Positions 38,928-54,149 of a DNA stretch of 64,000 bases are shown here, one piece after another (positions within the stretch are counted from its first letter, which is position 1; every line of letters starts with the position of its first letter). This DNA is from Paragordius varius. Lineage: Eukaryota > Animalia > Nematomorpha. Under the pieces are notes generated by a model that was given only the letters and a program-made list of their open reading frames with translations, ran no database searches and was not told the DNA's origin. The stretch spans positions 12,276,001 through 12,340,000 of the forward strand of contig OZ176051.1 in the NCBI GenBank assembly GCA_964247055.1. Direction: 5' to 3'. Both the position numbers and the translations under genes were made by a program.

Positions 38928-41398
38928 TTTATGGGAGGTTTTTCCCCCCATAAAATAAATGCCTTTAGCTATTTTTTGCGTAATAATGAAGCTAATTTGT
39001 GGTCAGGTGTTTTTTGGAGATAACAATTATTATTAAATAAGCGATTGGTAATAGCAATTTTGTGATCTATACAAAATTATATTAATTTCTCTGCAAGAAA
39101 ACCTTTTCCGATAACAATAAAGTATAATAAACCAGAATATGTCATTAGCTACGATAGTCGTTTTCATATATAATGCAGTCTGATATATGGCCCTTGATTG
39201 TTTTTTTGTATAATAAAGAGCTGTTTTAATACAAATAACCTTTTAAAATTCTAAAGTTTTCAAAGGCACCTATAGGTTCAAATTATTTGGCGTAAACCAC
39301 GGTTTTTATGTTAATTTCATGGTCAGGGTGCATCTAGCCTGTATTTTTGATGGTTATATAAAAAATTACGATCAACATTAATATATTAAAATAATTAATG
39401 GTTTTTTCAAATTCATAACCTTCTGAAAATATTTAATATAATGTGTATGGCGTAGCTATATATCGCCATATTTTTTTATCCCTTTAAAATCTGCATTTAA
39501 TATATAAAACCTTTTATTTTATTTATACACAAACTTATGATATTTTCGGATTTATTTTAAGACAATTTTATAGATGGGCATAATAACAAATGTTTGAACT
39601 GAGCTCATGATAATTTTTTATATTTGTTGATGCAAGAGTTATAAATTAAAATAATTAATAATTTTTTTATCGAAACATAAATCTACAATCTATGTAAAAA
39701 ATATTTCTGAATAAAAATTATGAAATTTCTTACAATAAAAATAATAAATTAAAACTTAAGGTTCATTGCAATAATAAGAAAATATCACGATATAAAAATT
39801 ATTCAAAAAATACCGTTCCTTCCAAACCACAATTGGGTACTTCCCTTAGAAAGCCTAAACTTAAAATTATCAATAAGTGCAGTAAAAACATCAAATAAGT
39901 TTATGATTAAACGAGTTGAGTCGAAAAGAATTAATCAGAAAATAGATAAAATGCATATTTTAATACACTTATAACCATAACTATCATTCATCAAACTCAA
40001 TACATTTAGGTCTATTTAAAAAATTAGTAAAATTCGATAAATTTTTGCGACAATTTTGTTACAAAGATAGTTTTTGATATATTGTCCTTTTAACAACATT
40101 GATTTTTTAAATAAAAAATATATTATTATAAATTAACGGCTTTAGCATATTTGCTTTGAAAATTTTATTTTACTACTTATATTAGTAGAATATAGTCAAA
40201 TTATGGATATTAAATCAATCATTACAGTTTTTACATCGGATCCAAATAGATAATATTGATAGTGCCATCTTTTCTAACCTGTAAAATGGTTTATATCCTA
40301 AATTCATTAATTAGGTTGATCATTTATAAATATTTATAACATATTTGCCAAAATATAATTGTTTATTTATGCTTAAACAATAAAAAGGTTATTCAATGAG
40401 AGCTAAATTACTTGGCTATAAGCGTTTTTATCAAATAATAATATTATTATCCTTTGACATAGCAAAAATTATATTTTACATTTTATTGTTGAATTTTTTT
40501 AAGTATGCGTTACATCACAAAATCACGAGCCTTCTTGACAGCACCATTTTGTTTTTAGGCTATTTTGCATAACCTCTCTTATAAACGGCTTTAATAAAAT
40601 ATTTAAGTTATATAAAAGAACGATTAATAAAAATTTTAATTTGAATGCCTGACGAAAGTTTAGGCTGTGTTAGTGAAACCTAAAAACCGACATAAGCAAT
40701 AACTAGTCATAATCATAAACACAGAACAACTCGATTAAAATTGAGTCCAATAACAAGAATTTTACAAATATTTTTGGAATTTAAGTCATAACATTAGTAT
40801 AGATCATGGTACTCAAAAAAATTTTGAATGGCCAAATAAATATCTCTTTGTATCTTAAGGGCTGTGCACCATATAATACCGCCTAATATCGCATATCTGT
40901 TTGACACATATACAATTTATAATCCATATACACCCAGATTTTTCGCTCGGTATTTAAATGACCCTAATGCCATTTCGATAAAAAAAATATATGCTACTTT
41001 AACAATTAGATAATATAATTTTAAAATAAACCAACAATTTTAATGGTTGTTTCTTATTCCTTATTAATCCATGACCTTTGGTGTAGTTTGATATCTCCAG
41101 AGTGATTTGAAATTTGAATATCTTAAAAAGTATTTAAGTCATTGAGCACAATTTAAAAATATGCCTCCTTAGACTCATTATACAAGATTTATTTTATGTA
41201 AAATTAGAAAAATCCTCAATTCAAATTTTTTCTCTGCCATTTTTTATTATAATTTTTTTAAATCCCTAATGTAACGGGCAAAATATTGTATAGTTAGAAA
41301 CTGTAAATAATCAATCTTAAAAAGCTTTTAGCTACAATTCAGCAAAAAGTTGATATATTTTAATTTTAACATCAGCTGTTCGTTTGGATCGTCTTTTA

Positions 41399-41726
41399 GA
41401 GCTATCCCAATTTAGACAACTGGTAATTATGAGCTTTTTATCTGCACGAAAAAATATGTTTGATAATTAAACTTTAACTAAATAAACTTAACAGTTAGAG
41501 GATTGAGACCTGGGATATAAAACTACCCCAATATGTCATCGCGGACAAAAAGTGAAAAGGTCATGGAGTTTTAACATTTCAATAATCTCTCATTTTAAAT
41601 AGAAAACTATAGTTTTAAAAAAAATTTTGGTTAAAATTTAGTTATCAAAAAACGTTCTTCCATATATTAGTTAAAAAACTCACATTTTTTCCATTTTAAC
41701 TTCTTAAGGCAAAAATGGGATAGCTC
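41399..41726. mobile_element. Small MITE-like element
   Basis: Inverted ends gagctatcccaattt / aaatgggatagctc. The internal block ctgggatataaaactaccccaatatgtcatc recurs near 60895. Confidence 0.45.
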
Positions 41727-41825
41727 AAACCCCCCTTAGATTAAATACCAAAATTTGCTGCTAAAATGTGTGCTTAGATTTCTAAAGAGATATTTTTACC
41801 ATAATACATATATATGCCTGTTGTG

Positions 41826-44800
41826 CCAAGGTTAGCTAACTGATGTATTCAAATCTATCATATCTCCTTATACGAATCCGAGTCGATCTGGTGCTTTTCT
41901 TTCCCTAAGAGGATATCTTCTTTCAGGTTCTTTCTCAGTTGTTATTTCCATTTTCATTTCAACCAATGTATCTTTCTCGTTTTCCTTTTTTGCTTCCCCC
42001 CACTTCCCGATTATTGGTTGTAATATTACATTCATCAGTTTGGTTTATCGTTGAACCACCATCATCTCCCTCTTCGCCCCTCTCGACGCCGGTGCGTAAT
42101 TGATCCGCATGTTTGCGAAGGGTTCGACTTCCATCTTTTACCGTGTAAGAGAGTACCCCTGTTTTCTTCAAAAATGAACCTTTCTCCACCCTGTATTGAT
42201 TTTATTCCTTATGTACACCTCTTCGTCCGGGGTGAAAACTTAATTGGGTATGATATCGTCATCTAATTGTTGCGAGGGTGTTTCCATAACTTAGGAGAAA
42301 GGGGTATTAAAATTTTTTTGAGGAATAAGATATACGGGAACTCCTTTGTGGCTCTATGTACGGTGGGGCGATAATCCCATAGCACTTGATTTATTTTTTT
42401 GTCAGATGGCAGCTTAGAATCCTTTAGCGATTTATAGTGTGCTTATAAGGTTAAATAGCACGTTCCACCAGCCCATTTGTTCGTGGATGATAGGGGGCAC
42501 TGGTGACATATTAAATGTTTGCTCGTTGCAAGGTGTCTTTAAAATCTTTTGATGCAAAATATGACGCATCATCGGTAACCATCATTCGGTGAAGCCCGTA
42601 CAAAACACCAAATTTCTAATCAATGTAATATGTTTGCGGAATTAACATTTCTTAGCAACTCGACTTCAACCCATCTGAAGCTATTATCGATAGCCACTAA
42701 CCAAAAAAACCCATCTATAGACCGGCAATATCCAGATGTATCCGTTTCCAGATACCCGTATTAAAATTCCATTTGTACGTGGGATTGTTTTTTATGTTAC
42801 TCCGGTTTAACTGACACCCCATAGAATATCTCACATAACTTTCAATGTCTTGCTTTATACCTGGCCAATAAACCATAGCCTTTAACAGACTCTTTCATCA
42901 CATTTGCCCCCGAATGTCCAACATGGAAAAATTTTAACGTTTTATTGCACAAAGCCCTGGGAATAATAAGACGATCGCCCCAATACAACAACCCATATGA
43001 TTCTTGTATTTTGTTTCATATAATCAATATTTTAAAAATTAGTGCTGACTAATCATTATATAGAGCCGCTTTTAATGTCATCCAAAACTCATCCCGCAAA
43101 GTAAATTCTTTAATTCGCTGTACATTTTAGTTGTCTGTTGTTAAAATGTTGATCTGCCTACTGGTTGTTTGCTCCTCAACCTCCTCAGTCGGTTCTTCAT
43201 ACGGTAGACAGATAACCAATCCGCCAAATTTTCTGAACCATTAATATATTGTATATTAAAATTATAATCGGCTGTTCTAAATATCCATCTTAATAATCTA
43301 CTATTGTTAATATTACTCAGACTCTTAAAGCCAAACAACTTGTTTAGGGGTTTATGATCGTTTAATAATATGAACTTGCCATACCCAAACATTTTAAACT
43401 TTTCTAGAGCATGTAAAATTATCCTTGCTTCTTTTTCAATCACCGGAAAATGTTTGTATGCCTTCTCACATTTTCGAGACGCAAAAGCCATCGGCCGTTT
43501 TCCATCACTTGTCATATGTAATAAGGCTCCGAATCCGTCATTCGATGCGTCTGTTTCCAGCACCAATGGAAGGTTCGGGTTAAACCGTATTAGACATAAT
43601 GCCCTACTCGTTAACAGTTTAGCTTTATCGAAAACCATCTCTTCTTTTGTCGATAAACACCATTTATTATTGTAAATCCGCGATCGTAGCATGCAAAGAT
43701 GGAATAAAACGAGCGTGAAAATTAATATTCCTAAGAAAGACCGGAGTGATGTCTTATTGGTAGGTGTAGGACAATTTAAATTTGCTTTTACTTTTCGTTA
43801 TCAGGTTTAATTCCTTTGTCTGAAATTATATATCCTAAGTATGACACTGAGGAACGAGCTAATTGGATTTTATCCTTCTTTAATTTCAAACCCACAGCAG
43901 CTAATTTGTTCAACACTTTTTCTAAGTTATCCTTATGCTCCATTACCGTTGTTCCACTAACAATTACATCATTTAAGTAAACCACCGTACCTGGACAATC
44001 TTTTAATAACCCATCCATAATTTGTTAAAATATCGTGGGTGCAGTAGAAATTTGAAAGAGTCTCTTAAATCGAAAAAGACCTATATGCGAACGTTAATAA
44101 ATGTTGATAATCTTGGTGGATGGGCATTTGCCATTACGTTTAGATCTAGTGTGGTAAAACCTTTCCCTCCCCGATTTTGAACACTAACTGATCAAACGTT
44201 GGAATCAAATGATCGACAGGTACCAAACTCGGTTTAACGGTAACTCTAAAATCCCCCATGCGAATATCGTTATCATTCTTCTTAACTATCACCAACGGTA
44301 CCCAGTCGATTCATGTTTGCGAGGGGTTTATGGCCTCAATCATACCCAGACTTTCAATTTTAATTCCCTCTCCACCTTAGACTGAAGGGGGATAGGAACC
44401 TTCCTACCTCAAAATTTGGCGATGCTACCTTTTTTGAGAAACAACTTGATGGGTGGTCCCGTTAATACCCAATACCCTCACAAAACAAATCCTTAAATTT
44501 ATTTAAATCCACACAATTAATATTTTTTACACAGACAGCATCTGGAAATCTAAATTAAAAACTTTTCATCTATGGTAACCCAAAAATGTTACCCCCCTGG
44601 TAACCATACATTCCAGCTGCTTGACCAAACCATTCCATTTAACATCTACCTCGCATTGACCCATCACCTCCACACCTTGATGGTTGAACCCAACTATTGG
44701 ACCCGCGGGTGCTAAGGTTGGACTTCCAATCTCCAGCCACGTGATTTTCCTAATCAATGATATTTAAGCTCTGGTTTCATACACCATCCTACCCAATGGC

Positions 44801-45722
44801 CATCAGACTTGCTGTTCGGGCTTCATTATTATTATTATTGTTACCACTCCTTATATTAACTCGCCGGACAACACCTGCCAAAATGACCTCGTTTACATCG
44901 GTAACACTCTTTGTTTGAAGAGGGGCACCAGTTGATCGCATGCAAGTACCCACATTTTCCACACTTCTTTTTTAATATAATCACCTGCCTATTGTCACCC
45001 TGTTCAATCAAACAACTATACGCCTTTTCGTACGCCATTGCCATTTCTACCACCATTGTGTCTAAATTTCAAGAACAGATCTATTTCCAACCTCTCTTGA
45101 GTTGTAACCCTCCATCAAACCCATCTCTGATTCTTAGCATTGCATCTTGCACAAAGTGCCGGGCCGCACATTCCTTTACCCGAATCAAATGTGGCTTCCC
45201 TGCGGAGTTGGGTAAACTGGAACCTGGCTGTAAACTCATTGTATGTCGGAGCAAATATATTTTTCCAGCTACTACCAAAGCATCCCACCCCACTTCCTCT
45301 AACAGTACGGGATAAAAGAATCTCTTCAACTTTGGAATATGGGATGGGCCGATGTAGGCCAATAACAACTTTTTTTGTTTCATCATTTCCTTCAATTAAT
45401 TTGGCTTTTAACATTTAATTTAAATGATCTATATAATCATCAAAACTAATTGGGGGATCATGTGCTTACAGACTTAATTTCCCCATGTGCGAATGTAATG
45501 GGATAAAAAACCGCGCAAAATGCGGTCAAGAAACAATAAAAATAAGATTTATTGAGATAAATTACATCTAAACTATATAAAATTTTCGATGTTTATATAC
45601 TTTTTGTGTATATAATATTACATGTTTAAGCCAATGTAAAATAACGTGTGCATGTTAAATGCAAAAGTGATACAATAGTTTAATTCAAATATAGTCATCC
45701 AAAATGCATTCAAATCTATCAG
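41826..45722 (-). mobile_element. Ty3/Gypsy (Mag-like) copy 2, more decayed, both LTRs truncated
   Basis: Colinear with copy 1 across IN, RH, RT, PR and gag. The 3' LTR is reduced to about 35 bp (41826-41860); the 5' LTR runs ~45521-45722. Confidence 0.9.
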
Positions 45723-45726
45723 ACCT

Positions 45727-45881
45727 CAGTGGCCTACCGAGCATTTGCGGCGCCCGGGGCAAAAAACTTTTATGACGCCCCTCCCCCCTTTTTTAAAAAG
45801 CCAATAAAACAATTTAGTAAAAAAAATACTAACGTTGTAACCTAAACACCATAGATAAGACATCACAATAAATAAATCTAT

Positions 45882-45924
<43 letters not shown>

Positions 45925-46141
45925 GATACTAAATTTATTCAATGGTACTAATTAGGTAATAATAGAGTATATATTATAGGGATTATTACCTAAATTGCTG
46001 AAAAATCTCATTTGAAAGTTCTTATTATTTTTGCATAATTAAAATTTTATTTTAAAAAATTATTTAGGCGCCTCTAAATAACGGCCGGGGCATGATGCAA
46101 CCCCTTGCCCCCCCCCCCCCCCCCCCCTCGGTACGCCCCTG
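45727..46141. mobile_element. hAT MITE
   Basis: TIR CAGTGGCCTACCG / CGGTACGCCCCTG with 8-bp TSD TCAGACCT (45719-45726, 46142-46149). A partial copy lies at ~47295-47460. Confidence 0.88.
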
Positions 46142-46532
46142 TCAGACCTTTAAAAAATTAAAAGATAAAATAGAATTCAGAGATAAGTAGCGGTGAAAAA
46201 GTTTGAGATAGGATTTTATTTTCAAAAATAAATTTAGATCAAGTCTCCAAAGAACTAAAACAGTCGTTTCCAAAAGGAAGGCAATGATCTAACTCAAATA
46301 CTCAAGGCTGGCAAAATGAAGCGATATTCAATTGTTCAAACATTATTTTGATATATTTATTGTATATTTATGAATAAATATGTATTAATAATTGCATTAT
46401 TTAAAAAAATGGGTAGATTTCCAAAAGTTAGACTCTCTATTTTCATTATGAATTTTTAAAACGCATTTTATGAATAAAATCGAAAACAAACAAAAAAACA
46501 AAATGAAAATAAACATTTTACACATACTAAAG

Positions 46533-46600
46533 CAGGGGTGTCCAACACAAATGGCTTGAAGAGCCACCTTTTCGACCTCAAAATTCCAAAGAGCCACTTT
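46533..46600 (+). mobile_element. hAT/Buster left terminus
   Basis: tacTAaag|CAGGGGTGTCCAACACAAATGG. A similar truncated end starts at 1863. Confidence 0.55.
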
Positions 46601-47460
46601 TTATTTATATATATCAAGACATTGGTAACAAATAAACGAGTTTTGTCTAGATGTAATTTCTGGTGCATGCACTGCTAAACTATTTTCCTTATTTTATTGT
46701 GCTAATCAGAATAAAGAATGATTTATATGATAAAATTTGTAAAAATTGGTTTTTTATACAAATTCGGAGTTTGGAATATAAAAATTCTGTAATTAAATAT
46801 TTTCACTTTCATTTAAAGGATTCACCCCAAAACTCCCATGTAGGAAAGGAACATAAGCAGTTGTCATATTCCAATCGTTGCATATAAAGTGGTTCTAACA
46901 TAATTTATGAATAACTATAGTTAATTCCAAACGATATTTCTTATTATAAGAGGTAGGCAGAATAAATGACCAGATTGAGTAAATATTGATTTCTATTTCA
47001 ATTTAAATCATAAAGATAATTTTTATTCACTGTGTTTGTTTTATTATTAAAAGATAGTTCTGGAATCACAGAGCCAACATCCTTTTGCGAGGATGTTCCC
47101 GAAAACTTCCCTGCAATTTAATATACACATGAGATGAGCTTGCAGAGCGCAAATGTGTATATTCTTATCTTGAATTCATCAATAAAAACTTAAATTATCC
47201 AAAGGGTAAAACATTAATTACTCTAGTGTTTTAAAAATTGTAAAATCCAGCAGATTTTTAGAAAATAAACAATCTAAGCTAGCAATCAATGCCAAAGGCT
47301 TACCGGGCATTTGCGGTGCCCGGGGCATAAAACTCTTATGGCGCACCCGCCTCCTCTAAAAGCCAATAAAAAAATACAAACGTTGCACCTAAACACCTAG
47401 ATAACACCAACTAGGATAGCAAGATACATTTAAATTCTATTATATATATATATATATATA

Positions 47461-48625
47461 CTATGTGCAAAAAACGGGTTAATTTTTTAACAAAAAAATT
47501 TTTTTTTAGATAGCTTATGACCTACGAATTCATTTGCCGCAAAAATTATTATTTGTTGACAACCTAGTTTTGAAATATTGAGAGAAAATCGAAATCGGCC
47601 AAAAAGTGAAAATTAAGGATAATTCAAAAATAATGATAAAATTTGAGATATTATGGTTTATTATCATTTTAGGATATATTTTCAATATATAAATAGCCTA
47701 AAAGCATATAGTTAGGGTATCTATTAAATTTCAGCTCAAAAGATGGCGTTTTTCTATTAACACACTCACAAGACAAAATTTTTTTTATAAAACTATAAAA
47801 TATTTTTTAATTACTTACTATCTAAACTCACTATTAAAATCTTAACATTCATATTTTTTTCAGTAAAAAAAATTTATATATAAAAATAAAACCAAAAATT
47901 ATGAGGGTATAAAATTTATACTGTTTTATTTTGGAATCTTACATGAGTGGAAATTATTGAGTATTCTAATGCAAAATTGGATTTAAAATTAGTGATATAT
48001 CAACCAACAATCCTTACGAATCCCTGTAACAAGTGTGTTTTAAGAAAAATTAATATTTTTATTGGGATTTGTACGGATTGTTGGTTGATATTCCACTACT
48101 TTTAAATCCGATTTTGCATAAATTACATACTTAATTTCCCATGTAAGATTCCAAAATAAAACAGTATATATTTTTATACATTCATTAACCTGATGACAAA
48201 AAAATGCAAAAATAAAAACAATATTTTTAGTTTTATTTTGATATATAAGTTTCATTGAATAAAATATTAATATTAAGATTTTATAGTGAGTTTAGATAGT
48301 GAATAATTAAAAAAAATTTCTTTGAGTATTAATAGAAAAACATCTGAGCTGAAATTTTATAGAAACCCTAACTATATGATTTTAGGCTATTTATATATTG
48401 AAAATATATCCTAAAATGATAATAAACCATAATATCTCAATTTTAATCATTATTTTTTGAATTATCTTTAATTATTCTTAATCTTCACTTTTTGGCCGAT
48501 TTCGATTTTCTCTCAATATATTAAAAACTGGGTTGTCAACAAATAATAATTTTTGCGGCAAACAATTACCTGGTCATAGGCTGTCCCATTAAAAAAAGTT
48601 TTCGTAAAATATTTTTTGCACAGAG
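47461..48625. mobile_element. Nearly fully palindromic MITE flanked by (TA)n
   Basis: Ends ctatgtgcaaaaaa / ttttttgcacagag. Arms of about 500 bp are reverse complements (e.g. gagaaaatcgaaatcggccaaaaagtgaa vs ttcactttttggccgatttcgattttctc). Confidence 0.85.
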
Positions 48626-48929
48626 TATAATATATATATATATATATATATAATCATTTAAAATCTATTTTAATAGCTTTTTTGATATGAGATTATCTGA
48701 ATTGTATTTTTGATAATTCATGAAGCAGAGTAAAAAGTCTTTGGACATTTGCTAGGCAAAGTCACGGGGAACTTACAAATCTAACAAATACATATATCGG
48801 TATATTTATAATTATTATATATCGTTTATAGTAATATAGACTTCTTCAGATAAAAAATGAGATAAAAATTAAATAAAAACTAAATAAAATAACTAAGAAA
48901 TAAATGAAATTATAAATGTTTAAACCAAC

Positions 48930-50750
48930 CCGCAGATAGAACTTATCAATCTTTCAATCTCAAAAAGCCGAGAGAGTTTGATCAGCTAACAAAAGACTTC
49001 CTGTAATGAAATCTATTCTTAGTACCAACAACCATAGCAACAAAACTGTCATTAGCCTTACACAGCAACCACTAAACGAAAACCTAGTATCGCTCTAAGT
49101 CGCGGACTAATGTACTGACTCCAACTATGCCACCAACAAAAACCATTATCCGAAATTGAAAACAGTATAAGTCAACTACCACACAGTGATAAAATAAGAA
49201 TTGCCACCACAAAAATCCAAGAAAAAATTACCCGCCCCAAATTATACGATAATAGAAAGAAAAGCCTTTGAAGTCATTGGTGAACCCTCAATTGTAATTC
49301 TCCCGGCAGATAAAATTAATGCCGCAGTAAACATGGTCAGCAAAATTTAAGCTGAAAAAATGAATGATATAATACATAATAATAAAGACTATACTACAAT
49401 CCGAAAAGACTCCACCCAAAGAATCACAAACTTGGTAGAGAAAGCGGTAAAAAAGACTAGATTACTCAATAATTTTAAAACAGCATGCATACCAAAATTC
49501 ACCATACCCCGTATTTATGGGGCCCTAAAACTCACAAACCTGAAATACCCCTCCGATTAATTGTCGATAATATTAACACACCTAGAGACAGGCTTTCGAA
49601 ACAAAAGCCCTTTGCACATAATTTCATCCATCACATTAAAATTAGTAAAGATTTTGTGAATATTATTAAAACAATACGTCATACTAGGCACCTTAGACAT
49701 ACATTCCCTTTACACAAACATCCCGACTAATGAAGTAATATATATCATCGAAAAATTGGACACTCATGGCCTACATCATGACATTTCAAAGTTAGTGAAA
49801 ATGTGCCTTTACAATGATTATTTTTTGTACAATAAGCAATATTATTTACAAAATACTGATACCCCCATGTTATCCAGTTTCTCCCCAATACTAGCTGATG
49901 TTTACATGGAATTTTTCGAAAAACTTCTGTTCCTCGACACTATCCCCTAGATGCTGATAGCGATATTTAGATGATATATTCATATGGCAACACGGAGAAG
50001 AAAAGTATCTACTTTTCTATATTCTATTAATGACATAAATCCCAATATACGTTTCACCATGGAACAAAACCCCCAAGAAATACACTTTCTAGATGTCCAA
50101 TTAAAAATCAAGTATGGTATAGTTCATACTGTCTTTAGAAAACCATCACACTAACTTATACTTAAATGCAAATTCCCATCATCATCCAGCCCATAAAGCT
50201 TTAAAAACTCTCTACACCCAATATTCTTTGTGATGAATATAATCTAAAATCCGAAATGAAAACTCTTACGGTTATTCAGTTAAGGTTTTAAAATAAAGAA
50301 CCATAAATCAACTGAAACTCAATCTCTTTTGTGGGTCTACCATACATTAAGGATGTCACAACCAAAATTGGACATATTCTTAACAAATATAAAGTAAAAG
50401 CTATATATTAGCTTTTCAATAAATGATCTCTCATATCAGTTGTAAAGACAAAATTCCAAAAGAAAGCCTTGTTTATCAAATTACCTGCTCCTACATACAT
50501 AGGAGAGTCTGGACGCTCAATATTATCCCGATGGAATGAATATGACCAATACATTCATATCCGCAAACCTTTTACTGGATTAGCAGAGTATAATCCACAA
50601 TGATCACCACATTATAACCTGTAAAGTAATCATTAATATAGCTCAATACAATAAGCGCCGGATACGTGTCTATCGAGATCAAGTAGTCTAATGATAGACT
50701 TAATCGTGAAGACTGCCTAGTCATGTCGTCAAATTGGAACCTCCTTCTTC
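48930..50750 (+). mobile_element. Penelope-like element (RT plus GIY-YIG), degenerate
   Basis: KTHKPEIPLRLIV, FTNIP, SPILADVYMEFFE, YLDDIF, FLDV, FRKPSH, and VYQI.C..YIGESGRS. Confidence 0.88.
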
Positions 50751-51244
50751 ACCCACAACATTATAAAGGCTACTATTGTTGGATTTTTAAATTACATTAC
50801 ACCTCCAACTATATACATTAATCAATTACCTCCATTAAAACAATTATAAGCAATATAACCTTTATATTCTCATTCATTTCTTAGTTTTTATTTAATTTTT
50901 ATTTTTTATTTAATTTATATTCTTTTTATCTAAAGAAGTTTATACCACTATCAACGAAACATAATATATAATTTAATTATATCAATCTCGCTTTTAAGCC
51001 CTTGAATTTATTTTATAAAATTAAGATGCGAATCGATTATTCAATAAAAATATTGTTTTTTTATATATTGTGTATTTATTTTAAATGAAGCATTATTTTC
51101 ATAAAGGCATAACATAAAATTTTTAATCATGGGATCGTGTGGCAGAAGCGTATTTGATATTTAATAAATTTTAAATTAAAATTAACTTGATTTATAATTC
51201 GTGTAGGTGTTTTAGAATATAATTTATTAATCATAGAATATTAA

Positions 51245-51819
51245 CACTTCGATATTGGGGTATCTAAATACCCCAGACTAAATTTGAATTAGGATTTTTA
51301 AAAAACTACTGATGAAAACGGTCTTGATTTAAATTTATGCTTCTATCCTAATAAAAGTTATATAAATATGCCAAAATATCTAAAAATTTTGTTTTGAAAA
51401 AAAAGTTCCATGTCAAACTACTTCGACGCCATTTTGATTTTACAAAATTTTTGCAAAATATCGTCTTCTTTTAATTTTAAGGGCAAAATTAAAACTAATT
51501 TTTTATGTAAATTACATCTAACATGGATAGAAATGGTAAAAGCTGTTTATTTTGTATTATTTTTCAATTTTACCATTGCACGCATGTCACGTTGACTAAA
51601 TTTTTACCTTTCGGTTTTAGCTTAAAATAAGTAATATCAAGTATTTTTGAATAAAATTTTTTATATATTTCGATTTATTAATGTTATATAGGTGCAAGAT
51701 TTTGCCATGTTTTTGATTCTTTCCATATTTTTTGAAGAATTTAATTTTAAACAGGTCTGGGGTATTGAACTACCCCAATTTGAATCGAAGGACTAAAATG
51801 AATGTGTTGTATCCAAGTG
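51245..51819. mobile_element. TTAA-flanked (piggyBac-like) MITE, second copy
   Basis: TTAA|CACTT...AAGTG|TTAA; colinear with 28303-28801. Confidence 0.8.
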
Positions 51820-53010
51820 TTAAATTTATTTGCTATTGGAAGGAAAAAATATCACAATTCGATTGACAAAACAAAATACTTTGACTTCATTATATTTTAT
51901 GTTCTTCATTTTTAATTTTACGAAAAAAATTTGTTTTTCTAGCAATTGGAATTCAACAATCGTTCGCAAATTATCTCCTTGCAGAGAGAAAATCTTACAT
52001 CCAAATTTTATTACTATTCATAATTTTAATTAAAATTAATATTATATACCTGAAGTCCCTGATATTCAATAAGCGACAGAAAAAATAGCTATTTTTTAAT
52101 TTTTTTTATTAACATAGTCCAAGTTTTAACCATTTTATTATTTGAAAAAGGAGGCATTTTTAGATACTCAACCTAGTAAAAAGGTCAACAACAGTAAATA
52201 TTTATAAAAATTCTTCCACAGAATTAGATGTGAAAAATAATGCAATATAATTTTATAATAATAAGGATAGATATTTTTGCGTTTGAGTGAATCTAATTCG
52301 AGTTATGAGTTGTTATACCTTGATCGAAATTGGTTAGCCAAAAAAAATACCTAAATAAATAGTTTAAGAATTGAAATTTTCGCACAATAGGATTTATATA
52401 CTCCAATTTGTACGAAAGTGTCATTTAGATTAACCATCATGATGTCTCAAATCTCTTCAAATTATATGATCCTACTCAATTACACTAAATTACAAAATGC
52501 GGATAAAACATAAATATAAAAAGACAAATACTTCTAAATAGTCATACTTTTTAATCTTAAATTAAAAATATAACTTTGCGAAATAGGAATTAGAGATGTA
52601 AATGCTAATGCGCTCAATTATATAATTTATTGTAAAATCTAGGTTAAATTTAGTTCTTTCATAGTTAATTACTATGTGTTAATATTATGAAACCTGCAAA
52701 AAAGTTTTTTATTTTGGTCTATAGTCAAAATCTAGTATTTTGAAGCATATTTTAATATTAATTAATCTACCTCAGTTATCCAATATGCATAGGATAATAT
52801 ATTATTTTGAGCCAAATATTGTTCAACACTTTATTATTAGAAATGGATTACAAAATACTGTTATTATAGTGTCATACATCAAATGAAAGGTAATTTTTTG
52901 GTAAAAAACTGCCTTAAGGCGTTACCTTTGTCATCAAGCTTTAAATAAATAATATTCTATTAATTTTTGACCTATAAAATAGAGTTAGGTGTCATGAGAT
53001 AGACAAAATT

Positions 53011-53074
53011 TGACCTTGAATCGTCATTTATTCGACATTGTTAAAAAAAATATCAATCTATGGCCAATAAATTG
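53011..53074 (+). promoter_or_regulatory. TGACCTTGA site and GGCCAATAAATTG block upstream of gene C
   Basis: Conserved with copy B, and the NR site also with gene A. Confidence 0.45.
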
Positions 53075-53144
53075 TGATAGTCGATTAATAAACTAAAATG
53101 GCTGTGTTTGAATCATAAATTTTTTCCAAATTTTATTTTTTATA

Positions 53145-53226
53145 ATGACGATTAAACGATACCTATTCTTATTGCTGTGTTTACCTTTGGGGTCCATGGA
53201 GTACGGTTTAATGTTTGGGAGAAAAA
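53145..53226 (+). CDS. Gene C exon 1: putative signal peptide and short propeptide
   Basis: MTIKRYLFLLLCLPLGSMEYGLMFGRK, then A|gtaatt (phase 1). Confidence 0.8.
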
Positions 53227-54149
53227 GTAATTACATATATATAATGAATACTATGATATTTTTTCAGATGTTAACATAATTTAAAAGTTTTCACAATTAA
53301 AAATTTCATAAGATATCCCATAAGACAGTGGCAATCTTTATATCCAGGCCGCACTAAATTGTGCTTCCTCCCCTCTCTTTTTAAAAAAACAAGGATATAA
53401 ATGCAAAAAATATTATATTATTATTATGTTATAAAAATATTATAACTCTAATATATATATCTGTACTTCCATTGGAAGAGTGTTTACATAAACTGTAAAT
53501 AGATTAATTGTCAAGTTAAATGACCATTCAAATAAAGGATCTAGAAGTTAATTAGCAAATTTTTAAGAAACTATTGAATTAATAATGATTGTATGGATAT
53601 AATAGGCTTGTAAGTCGAATTAAAGGTCGGAAACTGAGCATTTCATTATTTTTCGCTCCAATCCATAAACGGCTTTTAGAAATCCGTCGCATCCTGGAAA
53701 AATATAATATATGATGATCCAATTTTAATTAAATTATTTAGATTTCAAAAAATCAACTAAATAAGTGAATCCTAGTTTTAAATCTCCATTTGACAAATTA
53801 CGATTGACTTCCAATTTACCATGAACGTCCACAAAAATTAATATGTGTTTTCATATAGACGCCCTATATTCCCCTTAAATTAAATAATTTAAAATAAACT
53901 AATTATAAAATAATAAAAAATAAAATTTATATATTGTCAAAGAGAACGAATATTTTATGTTAAAATAATAATTTGAATTATCGATGAATATTTATTAGAA
54001 TGAAAATAGATTCAATAAACAATATATAAGCTCAAGAGAAAAGCGAAATCCGCCCGTGTGTGTGTCTGACTAATAACAACACATCTAAAAAATTTAAAAA
54101 CGATGTGCGTGTTTATTACATACCACCAAAGAGTTTATTAAGTTTATTA

